DNA of 64,000 bases from Planctomycetota bacterium (GTDB lineage Bacteria > Planctomycetota > UBA1135 > UBA2386): positions 1,408,001 to 1,472,000 of the forward strand of contig JBKAGP010000001.1 of assembly GCA_046290465.1 (NCBI GenBank). Direction: 5' to 3'. The notes beneath the pieces were generated by a model that saw only the letters and a program-made list of their open reading frames with translations, made no database searches and was not told the DNA's origin. Made by a program: the position numbers and the translations under genes. Below are positions 14,059 to 23,815 of the stretch, in pieces. How positions within the stretch are numbered: position 1 is the stretch's first letter; each line of letters opens with the position of its first letter.

Positions 14059-15168
14059 CTACGGCCGCACGCCGACGCGCACCGCCGTCCCCGCCGACGC
14101 CCGGGCAAACGCCTGGTCCACCTCGTCGAGCCCGACCCAGCCCGCCACCAACTCCGCGAACGGATAGCGCCGGTGCGCCTGCGCCAGGAACGCGACGGCC
14201 CGCGACAGGTGCACGGGCGCGTAGTTGTGCACCCCGTGCAGGTGCAAGAGGCCGCGCACCACCCGCTCGGCCGAGACCTCGATCGGCGCGTCCGGAAACA
14301 CCGCCCCGACCAACACGACGTCGGCGCCGAGGCCGCCGGCGTCGACCGCCGCCGCGCACGCGTCGCGATGGCCGGAGAACTCGAACACACGATCGAACCC
14401 GCAATCGAACCGGCCGCCATCCCGCTCCGGCGCCAAGACCCTCTCCGGCGCGAAGACCCTCTCCGGCGCGAAGACCCTCTCCGGCGCGAAGACCCTCTCC
14501 GGCGCGAAGACCTCGTCCGCCCCGAACCGCTGCGCCAGCGCCCGCCGTTCCGGATCCGGATCGACCGCCACGACGCGCCCGGCGCCGTGCTGCTTCGCGA
14601 ACGCGCACGCCGTCAACCCGAGCATACCGGCGCCGAACACCAGCACGCTGCGACCGTCGACGCCCTGCGCCGCATCGAACGCGGCCACCACCGTCGCGGT
14701 CGCACACCCGGCCGGCGCCGCGACCTCCAGCGGCATCGTCTCGGGCAGCTCGACGATGGTCGTTCCGCGCGCCAGCAGGCAGTGCGTCGCCAACCCGCCG
14801 GACAGCTCGCGACCGGCGTCGGCGCGCTGGTGGCCGTACTTCCAGGCGTGCTCGCACTTCTGCGGCATCCCCGACCTGCACGGCATGCACCCACCACAGT
14901 GGGCCACGATCGCCCAGACCACGCGCGCGCCCGGCGCCACCGTGACCCCGTCTCCGACCGCGACGACCTCGCCGACGATCTCGTGGCCGAGCACGGTGGG
15001 CACCGCCACCTGCCGACGCCCGTCGAACGAGTGCACGTCGCTGCCGCACAAGGTGCAGCCGACCACGCGCACCAGCGTCTCGCCGGCGGCCGGCGTCGGC
15101 AACGGCACATCGCGCAGTTCGAGCTGCCCGGCCCGGCCGTCGAAGAACGCTGCTCGCGCCGTGCCCAT
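14059..15168 (-). CDS. Zinc-dependent alcohol dehydrogenase (MDR family)
   Basis: CGSD, GHE, CGGCMPC...C and GAGMLG motifs. Confidence 0.92.
   Translation of the reverse strand: MGTARAAFFDGRAGQLELRDVPLPTPAAGETLVRVVGCTLCGSDVHSFDGRRQVAVPTVLGHEIVGEVVAVGDGVTVAPGARVVWAIVAHCGGCMPCRSGMPQKCEHAWKYGHQRADAGRELSGGLATHCLLARGTTIVELPETMPLEVAAPAGCATATVVAAFDAAQGVDGRSVLVFGAGMLGLTACAFAKQHGAGRVVAVDPDPERRALAQRFGADEVFAPERVFAPERVFAPERVFAPERVLAPERDGGRFDCGFDRVFEFSGHRDACAAAVDAGGLGADVVLVGAVFPDAPIEVSAERVVRGLLHLHGVHNYAPVHLSRAVAFLAQAHRRYPFAELVAGWVGLDEVDQAFARASAGTAVRVGVRP
14425..14514. repeat. 5 x 18-bp in-frame tandem repeat (VFAPER) inside the ADH gene
   Basis: Unit ctccggcgcgaagaccct; three exact copies and two near-exact copies. 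Confidence 0.95.
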
Positions 15169-15169
15169 C

Positions 15170-16480
15170 TCAGGCCAGCCGCTTGCGGATCATCGGTCCC
15201 CGCCGCCGGCGTTCGTCGGCGATCGGCATCGCGGCCAGCACCCGCTGGGCCGCGTCGTCCGCGGCCAGGCGCGTGCTCGCATGCACGAACGCCAGCACGT
15301 CGCCGGTGTGCACCTCGTCGCCGAGCGTCTTGCGCAGCACCACCCCGACCGCCGGATCGATCGCGTCGGTCGGCTGCCGCCGGCCACCGCCGAGGTCCAC
15401 GACCAGCTGGCCGAGCGCGAGCGGGTCGACGTCGACCACCGCCCCGGCGTGCTGTGCCTCGACCGGCACCACGTGCTCGGCGCGAGCCAGCATCGTCGGG
15501 TCGTCGACGACGCGCGGGTCGCCGCCCTGCAGCTGCAGGTTGTCGCAGAACACCTGCCGCACGACGCCGTCGTGCCACAGCTGCGTCAGCAGCGCGTGCG
15601 CCGCTTCGAGACCGTCGACGACCCCGGCGAGCAGCAGCATCTCGGCCCCGAGGGCCAGCGTCACCTCGCGCAGGTCGTCGGGGCAGTTGCCGTTCAACGC
15701 CTGCAACACCTCCGCCACTTCGAGCGCGTTGCCGATCGCCAGCCCGAGCGGATGGTCCATGTCGGTCAGCAGCGCGCTCATCGCGATGCCGGCGGCGCGG
15801 CCGGTGGCGACCAGCCCTTCCATCAACGCGATCGCGTCGTGCTCTTCGCGCATGAACGCCGCGCGCCCGACCTTGACGTCCATCACCAGACCGTCGATGC
15901 CTTCGGCCAGCTTCTTGGCGAGGATCGAGCTGGTGATCAGCGGGATGCTCTCGACGGTGCCGCTGATGTCGCGCGTCGCGTACATGCGCCGGTCGGCAGG
16001 CGCGATCTCGGCGCTCGGCGACAGCATCGCGTAGCCGCAGCGATCGAGCACCTCGCCGAAGCGGTCGAGGCCGAGGTCGGTCGAGTAGCCGGGCAGCGCC
16101 ATAAGCTTGTCGATCGTGCCGCCGGTGTGGCCGAGCCCGCGGCCGCTGACCATCGGCACGGAGACGCCAGCCGCCGCGACCATCGGCGCCAGCAGCAGGC
16201 TGACCTTGTCGCCGACGCCGCCCGTCGAGTGCTTGTCGACCTTCTTCTTGGCGACGTGGTCGTGCCGCAGCACGCGGCCGGAGTCGCGCATCGCCAGCGT
16301 CAGCGCCGCCGTCTCGTCGGCGGTCATGCCGTTGCAGCAAACCGCCATCAAGAAGGCGCCGAGCTGCGCGTCACCGAGCGAACCGTCGACGACGCCGGAC
16401 ACGAGGTCGGCGATCTCGTCCCGGGTCAACGCGTTGCTGTCGCGCTTCTTGGCGATCAGCCGTGCAGGGTGTTCGCGCAT
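15170..16480 (-). CDS. pdp: Pyrimidine-nucleoside/thymidine phosphorylase
   Basis: DKHSTGGVGDK, SGRGLGHTGGT, SILAKKLAEG; ATG at 16480 overlaps the stop of the small ALDH. Confidence 0.93.
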   Translation of the reverse strand: MREHPARLIAKKRDSNALTRDEIADLVSGVVDGSLGDAQLGAFLMAVCCNGMTADETAALTLAMRDSGRVLRHDHVAKKKVDKHSTGGVGDKVSLLLAPMVAAAGVSVPMVSGRGLGHTGGTIDKLMALPGYSTDLGLDRFGEVLDRCGYAMLSPSAEIAPADRRMYATRDISGTVESIPLITSSILAKKLAEGIDGLVMDVKVGRAAFMREEHDAIALMEGLVATGRAAGIAMSALLTDMDHPLGLAIGNALEVAEVLQALNGNCPDDLREVTLALGAEMLLLAGVVDGLEAAHALLTQLWHDGVVRQVFCDNLQLQGGDPRVVDDPTMLARAEHVVPVEAQHAGAVVDVDPLALGQLVVDLGGGRRQPTDAIDPAVGVVLRKTLGDEVHTGDVLAFVHASTRLAADDAAQRVLAAMPIADERRRRGPMIRKRLA

Positions 16481-17328
16481 CAGGGGGCTACCGGGTGCCA
16501 GAGCGTCTTGGTCTCGACGAACGGCTCGACCCAGCCGAGCTGCCGCAGGCGGTCGGCGCGGCCCCAACTGGCGGCCGGCAGGTCGCAGTAGCGCACCCGC
16601 TTGACGTTGTCGGCGGCCGCCGCGGTCAGCGCCGCGTCGGGAGCGCCGGCGACCAGCAGGCCGTCGAGATCGCGATGCGCCGCGAACTGGCCCGCCAGTT
16701 CGTCACGCTGGCCGCTCAGCAGGTTGACGGCGCCCGCGGGCACGTCGCTCGAGGCCAGCACCTCACCGAGCGCCAGACCGGCGAACGGCGCGTGCTCGCT
16801 GACCAGCGCCACCACCGCGTTGCCACCGACCAGCAGCGGCAACACCAGCGCCAGCGTGCCGACCAGCGCCGGCCGGGGGGGCGTGATCACGCCGACGACC
16901 CCGGTCGGCTCGACCGTCGAGAAGTTGAAGAACGGCCCCTGCACCGCGTTCTGGCTGCCGAGCAGGCTCTGCACCTTGTCGCACAGGCCGGCATACCAGA
17001 CCGTCAGGTCGATCGCGGTATCGAGCTCCTTCTGGGCGGCGGCCGGCGTGGCGCCGCCCAGGCGCAGCTCCTGCACGACGGCGTCGCGCCGCGACGCGAG
17101 CATCTCGGCCAGCCGGTAGAGGATCTGGCCGCGGAGGTACGCCGTGCTGCCGCTCCACGTCGGCAGCCCCTTGCGCGCCGCGACGATCGCGTCGCGCAGG
17201 TCCTTGCGCGATGACCGCGCGACGTTGACCTCGCCGTTGCCGGCGGGCTGGAACACCCGCCCCGACTCACTGCGTGGGAACTTGCCGCCCACGTACAGCT
17301 TGTAGGTCTTCCGCACCGAAACGCTCAT
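16480..17328 (-). CDS. Short aldehyde dehydrogenase family protein without the catalytic domain
   Basis: KTYKLYVGGKFPRSESGR N-terminus, EPTGVVG and ETKTLWHP; no ELGG or catalytic-Cys segment. Confidence 0.88.
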   Translation of the reverse strand: MSVSVRKTYKLYVGGKFPRSESGRVFQPAGNGEVNVARSSRKDLRDAIVAARKGLPTWSGSTAYLRGQILYRLAEMLASRRDAVVQELRLGGATPAAAQKELDTAIDLTVWYAGLCDKVQSLLGSQNAVQGPFFNFSTVEPTGVVGVITPPRPALVGTLALVLPLLVGGNAVVALVSEHAPFAGLALGEVLASSDVPAGAVNLLSGQRDELAGQFAAHRDLDGLLVAGAPDAALTAAAADNVKRVRYCDLPAASWGRADRLRQLGWVEPFVETKTLWHPVAP

Positions 17329-17374
17329 GTGCGCACGGTGCCGCAACGGCCGGCGACGGGCAAGCGACGGCTGC

Positions 17375-18646
17375 TCAGTTCTTCGCCCGTCCGGCCTTCT
17401 TCACGGCACCGGTCGGCTGCCCCTGCCCCTCGGCGCGCGGCAGCACCAAGTCGCCGTCGTCGCCCTTGCGCCGCCGGTTCAGTTCCTTCAGCACCCCGCC
17501 AACCGGCGAGTCGACCCCTTCGAACAGGTCGTCCGCGGTGTCGGGCTTGCCGTCGCTGCCGAGGCAGCGCACCTGGAAGTCGTCGCCGTAGCGGCGCAGC
17601 AGGTAGTGGCGCCCCCACGAGTCCTTGCCGTCGTTGCGGCCGGGCAGCTTGCCGTCCTTGCGCGACTCGCGCAGCGCCGCCCAGGTGACCTCACCAGCGT
17701 GGCCCGCGGCGAACGCCTGCACCGCCTTCAGCAGCTTCTTCAAATCGCGCCTGGCGCGGTAGCGCTTCTGCTTGAGGCCGCGCTCCTGCTTGGGCCACTT
17801 CTGATAGCTGCAGTCCCACGCCAGCACCCACTGCTCCTTCACGCGCTGCCAGCCCATGTCCTGCATCAGGCGGTGCTCCATGTGCTCCATGTGCGCCGCG
17901 CCATAGAAGATGCCGAGCTTCTTCTTGCCGAGGTCGAGCTGGTCCTGCAGCACCCGCAGGCACTTCTCGTTGCGGCCGTGGATGATGACGGTCGGCTGGT
18001 CGATCGCCGGGTCGCCGCCGAGCAGCGAACGCGCCATCACAATGCGCAGCTCGGCGATGCCGCCACCGCTGCGGAACGCGCCAACCAGATCGATCTCCTT
18101 CTTGTTGGCCTCGGCCTCCCGGTCGACGTCGGGCGAACCGAGCGACAGCATCTCGCCGAGTTCGCTCTTGCCCGCCACCGCGAGTGCGTCCATCCACTCC
18201 TGCTCGGTCATGTCGGCGTGCACGAAGTTGTCCATGCGGTAGTCCATCGAACCGAACTGGTCGGCGAGCTTCAGGCCGGCGCCCATGCCGCCCTGCACCA
18301 TCGAGATCCAGTGTTCGTCGTCGCCGACCTCCATGCCCGGATACGGGCGCACGTCCGGGTCCCCGATCAGCTCGTAGAGGAGCGCGTCGAGGCCGCGGAA
18401 GCGCTTCTGCATGCCTTCGTAGAACTCGCGGTCGGCGACGTGCACGCAGCCGAACAGCGTCAGCTCGGCGTCACCCTTCCGGTAGGTCGCGATCAGGATC
18501 TCGAGGCGGCCGCCCTGGTCGTTCTCGATCAGCCGGGTGAACGGGCGGCGCGGCGCCTCCGCCTCCGCGGCGGCCTCCGGCTTCGCCTCCTGGGCGAGCA
18601 GCGACGGAACGAACAGCAACGGCAGCAGCACAGAACGGACGGTCAT
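17375..18646 (-). CDS. Secreted TraB/GumN-like protein with a C-terminal GspG-like segment
   Basis: Signal peptide; GCVHVAD, LLYE, RNE and IFYGAAHM; tail DSWGRHY...LGSDGKPDTADDL. Start chosen from the TAGCAT box 7 nt upstream. Confidence 0.65.
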   Translation of the reverse strand: MTVRSVLLPLLFVPSLLAQEAKPEAAAEAEAPRRPFTRLIENDQGGRLEILIATYRKGDAELTLFGCVHVADREFYEGMQKRFRGLDALLYELIGDPDVRPYPGMEVGDDEHWISMVQGGMGAGLKLADQFGSMDYRMDNFVHADMTEQEWMDALAVAGKSELGEMLSLGSPDVDREAEANKKEIDLVGAFRSGGGIAELRIVMARSLLGGDPAIDQPTVIIHGRNEKCLRVLQDQLDLGKKKLGIFYGAAHMEHMEHRLMQDMGWQRVKEQWVLAWDCSYQKWPKQERGLKQKRYRARRDLKKLLKAVQAFAAGHAGEVTWAALRESRKDGKLPGRNDGKDSWGRHYLLRRYGDDFQVRCLGSDGKPDTADDLFEGVDSPVGGVLKELNRRRKGDDGDLVLPRAEGQGQPTGAVKKAGRAKN

Positions 18647-18664
18647 GCCCGGCATGCTACTCGA

Positions 18665-20011
18665 TCACCGGATCGCGAACCGGTCGCCGGTCGGGTTCCA
18701 GGCGAGCACCACGTCGGCCTCGCTGGCGCGGTCGGCCGGCAACAGGCGCAGACCGGGCGCCACCGCGCGCGCCGGGCCGCTCGGGTAGATCCAGGCGCGT
18801 TCCTCGCTCCAGTCGACGGCGTAGCCGACCAGCGCGACCGTTCGCCCCGATGCCGCGGCCTCGCGCAGCAACGTGCCGTGCTCGGTCAGGGCCGCCAGCA
18901 GCGCCGTCACCCGGTCGGCGTCCCGCAGGCGCCGCCGGATCGTCTTGTCGCTGCGAACGGCGAACGGCACCAACAGCAGCACCACCGTCCCGACCGCGAG
19001 CAGCCGGCGCCATCCCGGGGCGCGTCGCCACGTCGCGACCCAGAGCCCGACGACGAACGCCGCGGCGGGCAGCGCCGGCAGCAGCAGCCGGTCGAGCTTG
19101 TCCCAACGAAAGCCCCACAGCCCGACGCTCGACGGCAGCAGCGCGAGCGCCGCGACCGCGGCGGCCGCGAGCCACGCCGCGCGGCGCCGCGGCGCGCGCC
19201 GCCACCACACCACCGCTGCCGCGAGCAGCAGCAGTTCGGCGAACGGCGAGGTCACGGCGTGCCGCGGCAACCACAGCGCCTTGCACCGCAGCAGCGGATC
19301 GACCGACGCGGCCCACCAGTCGGCACCGGCCGGCAGGTAGGGCGCGCTCGCCTCGCCGACCGTGCACCAGAGCCACAGGTAGCCAGCAGCCAGGGCCCCG
19401 TGGGCGGCGATCGGCAGCAGGCTGCGGCCGCCGCGTCGATGCAGCAGGGACCAGGCGACGATCGCGAGCAGCCAGACCACCGCCTCCTCCTTGGCCAGCA
19501 GGGCTGCCGCGTGCAGCGCGATCGAGGCCAGCAACCGCGCGCGCCCACCGCGCCGCAGCCAGCCTTGCCAGCACCACAGCGCACCGAGCCCCGACGTCGT
19601 CGCCAGCAGCGAGGGCAGCGACGACACCCAGCTGACCGCGATCGCCTGTGCCGGATGCACGGTCAGCCACAGCGCCGCGAGACCGCCGGCAGCGGCGCTG
19701 CGGGTCGCGCGCCGCAGCAGCGCGAACAGCAGCAGGGCCGAGGCCAGGCTGCACGCGATCGCGAGCAGGTGCAGCGCCGTCGCGTGCAGGCCGAAGCACG
19801 CCCGCGAGCCGACCATCAGCAGATGGAAGGACGGCCGCAGGTAGCCGAACGGCTGCCGCGAGAGCGCGTGCTCGAGCAGGCCCCCGCTGCGGCCGGCGTC
19901 CTCGAGCCAGAGGAAGTCGTCGGTGACGAAGCCGCTCGCCGGCACGCGGTGGTAGAGCCACGCGTGCGCGACCAGCACGGCGAGCAGCCAGGCGACGCGA
20001 CGGCGCCGCAT
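18665..20011 (-). CDS. Multi-pass membrane protein, probable GT-C fold glycosyltransferase
   Basis: TDDF after the first TM, YLRP, HPAQAIAVSW, LAKEEA. Confidence 0.7.
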   Translation of the reverse strand: MRRRRVAWLLAVLVAHAWLYHRVPASGFVTDDFLWLEDAGRSGGLLEHALSRQPFGYLRPSFHLLMVGSRACFGLHATALHLLAIACSLASALLLFALLRRATRSAAAGGLAALWLTVHPAQAIAVSWVSSLPSLLATTSGLGALWCWQGWLRRGGRARLLASIALHAAALLAKEEAVVWLLAIVAWSLLHRRGGRSLLPIAAHGALAAGYLWLWCTVGEASAPYLPAGADWWAASVDPLLRCKALWLPRHAVTSPFAELLLLAAAVVWWRRAPRRRAAWLAAAAVAALALLPSSVGLWGFRWDKLDRLLLPALPAAAFVVGLWVATWRRAPGWRRLLAVGTVVLLLVPFAVRSDKTIRRRLRDADRVTALLAALTEHGTLLREAAASGRTVALVGYAVDWSEERAWIYPSGPARAVAPGLRLLPADRASEADVVLAWNPTGDRFAIR

Positions 20012-21519
20012 CAGCCGGGCAGCAGGCCCGAGCGCAGCTTGACGTAGGCGCGCAGGCCCTGGCGGCCGCCCTCGCGACCGAAGCCGCTCTCCTGGAAGCC
20101 ACCGAACGGCGACGCCGCGTCGAAGCGGTTGAAGGTGTTGTTCCAGACCACGCCCGCTCGCATCCGTTCGGCGAGCCACAGGATGCGCGCCCCCTTGTCG
20201 GTCCAGATGCCGGCCGACAGGCCGTAGCTGGTGTCGTTGGCCTTCTGCACCGCCTCCTCGGGCGTGCGGAACGTCGACACCGACAGCACCGGGCCGAAGA
20301 TCTCCTCGCGCGCGATGCGGTGCGTCTGCGACACGTCGGTGAACATCGACGGCGCGAACCAGTAGCCCTTGCGCGGCAGCTGGCAGTTCGACTGGTGCAG
20401 CTGCGCCCCCTCGGCGACGCCGGCGTCGACCAGTTCACGGATCCGCTGCAGCTGCTCCTTGCTGTGGATCGCGCCCATGTCGGTGTTCTTGTCGAGCGGG
20501 TCGCCGACGCGGATGCGCGCCATGCGGCGCTGCAGCTTGGCGACGAACGCGTCGTGCACGCCCTCCTGCACCAGCAGCCGCGAGCCGGCGCAGCAGACGT
20601 GGCCCTGGTTGAAGAAGATGCCGCGCACGACGCCTTCGACCGCCTGGTCGAGCGCCGCGTCCTCGAACACCAGGTGCGCAGCCTTGCCGCCGAGCTCGAG
20701 CGTCAGGTCGACGCCGCGGCCGGCGACCGCCTTCTGGATCTGCTTGCCGACCTCGGTGCTGCCGGTGAACGCGACCTTGTCGAGGTCGGGGTGCCGCACC
20801 AGCGCCTGGCCGGTCGCGCCGTCGCCGGTGATCACGTTGACGACCCCGTCCGGCAGGCCCGCCTGCCGGAAGACGTCACACAGCCGCAGCGCGGTCAGCG
20901 GCGACGTCTCCGCCGGCTTGATCACGACCGTGTTGCCGGCGGCCAGCGCCGGCGCGATCTTCCACGCGGCCATCAGCAGCGGGAAGTTCCACGGGATGAT
21001 CTGGCCGACGACGCCGACCGGCTCGACCCGTTCGCCCGGGAACAGCAGTTCCAGCTTGTCGGCCCATCCGGCGTGGTAGAAGAAGTGCTGCGCCGCCAAC
21101 GGCACGTCGACGTCGCGGGTCTCCTTGATCGGCTTGCCGTTGTCGAGCGTCTCGAGCACCGCGAACTCGCGGGCGCGCTCCTGCAGCACGCGCGCGATCC
21201 GGTACAGGTAGCGCGCGCGGTCGTCGCCGGACAGCCGTCGCCAGCCGGGCAGGGCCTGCTTCGCCGCCTGCACCGCGAGGTCGACGTCCTTGTCGTTGGC
21301 CTGCGCGACCCGACTGAGCGTCTGCTCGGTGGCCGGATTGTCGGTGGCGAAGTAGCGGCCCGACTTCGGCCGCACGAACGCGCCGCCGACGAACAGTCCG
21401 TAGCGGTCGTCGATCGCGACGTGGTCGGTCGCCTCGGGAGCCGGCGCGTAGTCCCACGCCGCGCCGAACGTCAGCTCGGGGCGCTTGCTGCGGCGCGCCT
21501 TCTTGTCGGGGTTGGCCAT
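20011..21519 (-). CDS. Aldehyde dehydrogenase, full-length catalytic chain
   Basis: PWNFP, KPAE, FTGST, LELGGK, NQGHVCCAG, EEIFGP. Confidence 0.95.
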   Translation of the reverse strand: MANPDKKARRSKRPELTFGAAWDYAPAPEATDHVAIDDRYGLFVGGAFVRPKSGRYFATDNPATEQTLSRVAQANDKDVDLAVQAAKQALPGWRRLSGDDRARYLYRIARVLQERAREFAVLETLDNGKPIKETRDVDVPLAAQHFFYHAGWADKLELLFPGERVEPVGVVGQIIPWNFPLLMAAWKIAPALAAGNTVVIKPAETSPLTALRLCDVFRQAGLPDGVVNVITGDGATGQALVRHPDLDKVAFTGSTEVGKQIQKAVAGRGVDLTLELGGKAAHLVFEDAALDQAVEGVVRGIFFNQGHVCCAGSRLLVQEGVHDAFVAKLQRRMARIRVGDPLDKNTDMGAIHSKEQLQRIRELVDAGVAEGAQLHQSNCQLPRKGYWFAPSMFTDVSQTHRIAREEIFGPVLSVSTFRTPEEAVQKANDTSYGLSAGIWTDKGARILWLAERMRAGVVWNNTFNRFDAASPFGGFQESGFGREGGRQGLRAYVKLRSGLLPG

Positions 21520-21520
21520 G

Positions 21521-22429
21521 TCAGTCTCGGCTGAAGTCGGTGGGTCGTTGGTAGCGGCCGGTGCGCAGCTTCTCGAGCTGCATCAGCACGTCGTTGAGCA
21601 GCGAGCTGGCACCGAAGCGGAACCACGCGGGCGTCATCCACTGGTCGCCGCAGGTCTCGTTGACCAGCACCAGGTAGCGCAACGCGTCCTTGGCCGAACG
21701 GATGCCGCCGGCCGCCTTGACGCCGACCATCGTGCCGGTCTCCAGGTAGTGGTCGCGCACCGCCTCGAGCATCAGCAGCACCACCGGCCGCGTGCTGGCT
21801 GGCGCCACCTTGCCGGTGCTGGTCTTGATGAAGTCGGCGCCGCCGAGCATCGCGATGCGGCTGGCGCAGCGCACGTTGTCGTAGGTCTTCAGCTCGCCGG
21901 TCTCGAGGATCACCTTCAGGTGGGCCGCGCCGCAGGCTTCCTTGACCGCACGGACCTCGTCGTAGACGTGACGGTGACGGCCGCTCAGGAACGCGCCGCG
22001 ATCGATCACCATGTCGATCTCGGACGCGCCGGCCTTGACCGCCAGTTCGACCTCGCGCAGCTTGGTGCGGCGATCGGTGCGGCCCGCCGGGAAGCCGGTG
22101 GCGACCGACGCGACCTGCACGCCGGTGCCGGCGACCGCGTCGGCGGCGATGCCGACCAGGTCCGGATAGACGCAGACCGCAGCGCAGCTCGGCACGTCGG
22201 CGCGCGCCGGCAGCGGCCGCACCGCCTTGCTGCACAGATGGCGCACCTTGCCGGGCGTGTCCATGCCTTCGAGCGTGGTCAGGTCCATCATCGCGATCGC
22301 GAGCTTCAGGCCCTGTTCCTTGGCGTGCTTCTTGATCGAGCGCGTCGCCAGGTCGGCGGCGCGCGTCTCGAGCGCGACCGCGTCGACCGGCGGCACCCGG
22401 AACTCGGTTGAGGACAGCGACGAAGGCAT
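21521..22429 (-). CDS. deoC: Deoxyribose-phosphate aldolase
   Basis: DLTTLEG, EIDMVI, LKVILETGEL, DFIKTSTGK, GVKAAGGIR, RFGASSLL. Confidence 0.96.
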   Translation of the reverse strand: MPSSLSSTEFRVPPVDAVALETRAADLATRSIKKHAKEQGLKLAIAMMDLTTLEGMDTPGKVRHLCSKAVRPLPARADVPSCAAVCVYPDLVGIAADAVAGTGVQVASVATGFPAGRTDRRTKLREVELAVKAGASEIDMVIDRGAFLSGRHRHVYDEVRAVKEACGAAHLKVILETGELKTYDNVRCASRIAMLGGADFIKTSTGKVAPASTRPVVLLMLEAVRDHYLETGTMVGVKAAGGIRSAKDALRYLVLVNETCGDQWMTPAWFRFGASSLLNDVLMQLEKLRTGRYQRPTDFSRD

Positions 22430-22529
22430 CTGGCCCGCGATCGTGCCGCGGCGAACCGCCGCTGTCGACGGCGGTTCGTCAAACCGACGGCTACAGTTCG
22501 CGGCGCCGCGCAGACGATCCCCTACGCGG

Positions 22530-23411
22530 ATGTTCGAGACCCGCTATCCGTTCGAGGACCGACACACCGGCCGACAGGGTGAGCTGCGCGTCGCCGGCGG
22601 CGTCTGGCACCGCGACGTCTGCACGTTCGAGTTCTCCGACTCGGTGTTCGGCCTTGCCGGCACGATCGCGTGCGACTGGCGCGAGGCTGGCCCGCAGATC
22701 GAGGTCGTCGAGGGCGATGCTTCGCAGCCCGGCTGCGACGGCGTGCTGCAGCTGCTGCGCGAACGGCTGCGCGCGTTCCATCGCGGCGCCTACGTCGGCG
22801 TGACCGACCGCGAGCTGGCCCGACTCTACGCCGGCGACTACCACCAGCGCATGAACCTCGCGTCCGACAACGAGCTCGAACGCGCGTTCAAGCGCCACAT
22901 GGTCGACCAGATCCTGCGCATGGGCGCGCCGGGCAGGGTCCTCGACGCCGGCTGCTCGGCCGGTGAGACGTTGCGCCAGCTGCACGCGCGCGGCGTCGAC
23001 GCCCACGGCTTCGACCTGTGCCCCGACCTGCTCGAGATCGCCTACCCCGAGGTGCGCGAACACGTGCGGGTCGGCTCGGTCACCGAGGTGCCCTACGGGC
23101 CCGAGGACGGCTTCGACACGGTGCTGGCGCTGGATCTGTTCGAACACGTGCCCGAGGACCGCGTGCCGCAGATGGTGCGCGAACTCGAGCGCCTGCAGCC
23201 CCGCCGCGTCGTCGCCCACATCGCGCTGTGCGAGTTCCAGTATCCCGGCCACCTGACGCTGCGGCCGCTGTCGTGGTGGGACGAGCAGCTGGCGCCGTCG
23301 TTCCGCCGCGTCGCCGACGCGACCAGCGGCGAGGTCGCCGGCGGGTTCGGCGTCGACCCGTCGCGCTACCTGCGCGTCTACGAGTCGGTCGGCGCGCCGA
23401 TCGCGTCCTGA
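22530..23411 (+). CDS. Class I SAM-dependent methyltransferase with an N-terminal extension
   Basis: VLDAGCSAG, GFD, LDLFEHVP; ATG at 22530. Confidence 0.85.
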   Translation: MFETRYPFEDRHTGRQGELRVAGGVWHRDVCTFEFSDSVFGLAGTIACDWREAGPQIEVVEGDASQPGCDGVLQLLRERLRAFHRGAYVGVTDRELARLYAGDYHQRMNLASDNELERAFKRHMVDQILRMGAPGRVLDAGCSAGETLRQLHARGVDAHGFDLCPDLLEIAYPEVREHVRVGSVTEVPYGPEDGFDTVLALDLFEHVPEDRVPQMVRELERLQPRRVVAHIALCEFQYPGHLTLRPLSWWDEQLAPSFRRVADATSGEVAGGFGVDPSRYLRVYESVGAPIAS

Positions 23412-23815
23412 TCGCCGGCATCGAACGTGAACGGCTCGGGCAGCAGCTGCGCGAGCGTCGTCTCGACGACCCGTTCGCCGCGGCCGGCCAGCAGCACCGT
23501 CATGTTCGCGCCGAACTCGGCCAGCACCTGCCGGCAGGCGCCGCACGGCCTTGCGGGGTCGTCGAGGTCGGTCGCGATCGCGACCGCCTCGATGCGCCGC
23601 GCGCCGGCGGCGACCGCGGCGCAGACCGCCGCGCGCTCGGCGCAGATGGTCAGCCCGTAGCTGGCGTTCTCGACGTTGCAACCGACGAAGGTGCGCCCGT
23701 CGTCGCTGCGCAGCGCCGCGCCGACCAGGAAGCGCGACGCCGGTGCGTAGGCGTTGCCGCGCACCCGGCGTGCGGCTGCGACCAGTTCGTCCCGCTGGCG
23801 AGGATCCAGGCTCAT
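23378..23815 (-). CDS. cdd: Cytidine deaminase, small homotetrameric type
   Basis: AYAPAS, GCNVENASYGLTICAER, PCGACRQ. Confidence 0.95.
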   Translation of the reverse strand: MSLDPRQRDELVAAARRVRGNAYAPASRFLVGAALRSDDGRTFVGCNVENASYGLTICAERAAVCAAVAAGARRIEAVAIATDLDDPARPCGACRQVLAEFGANMTVLLAGRGERVVETTLAQLLPEPFTFDAGDQDAIGAPTDS

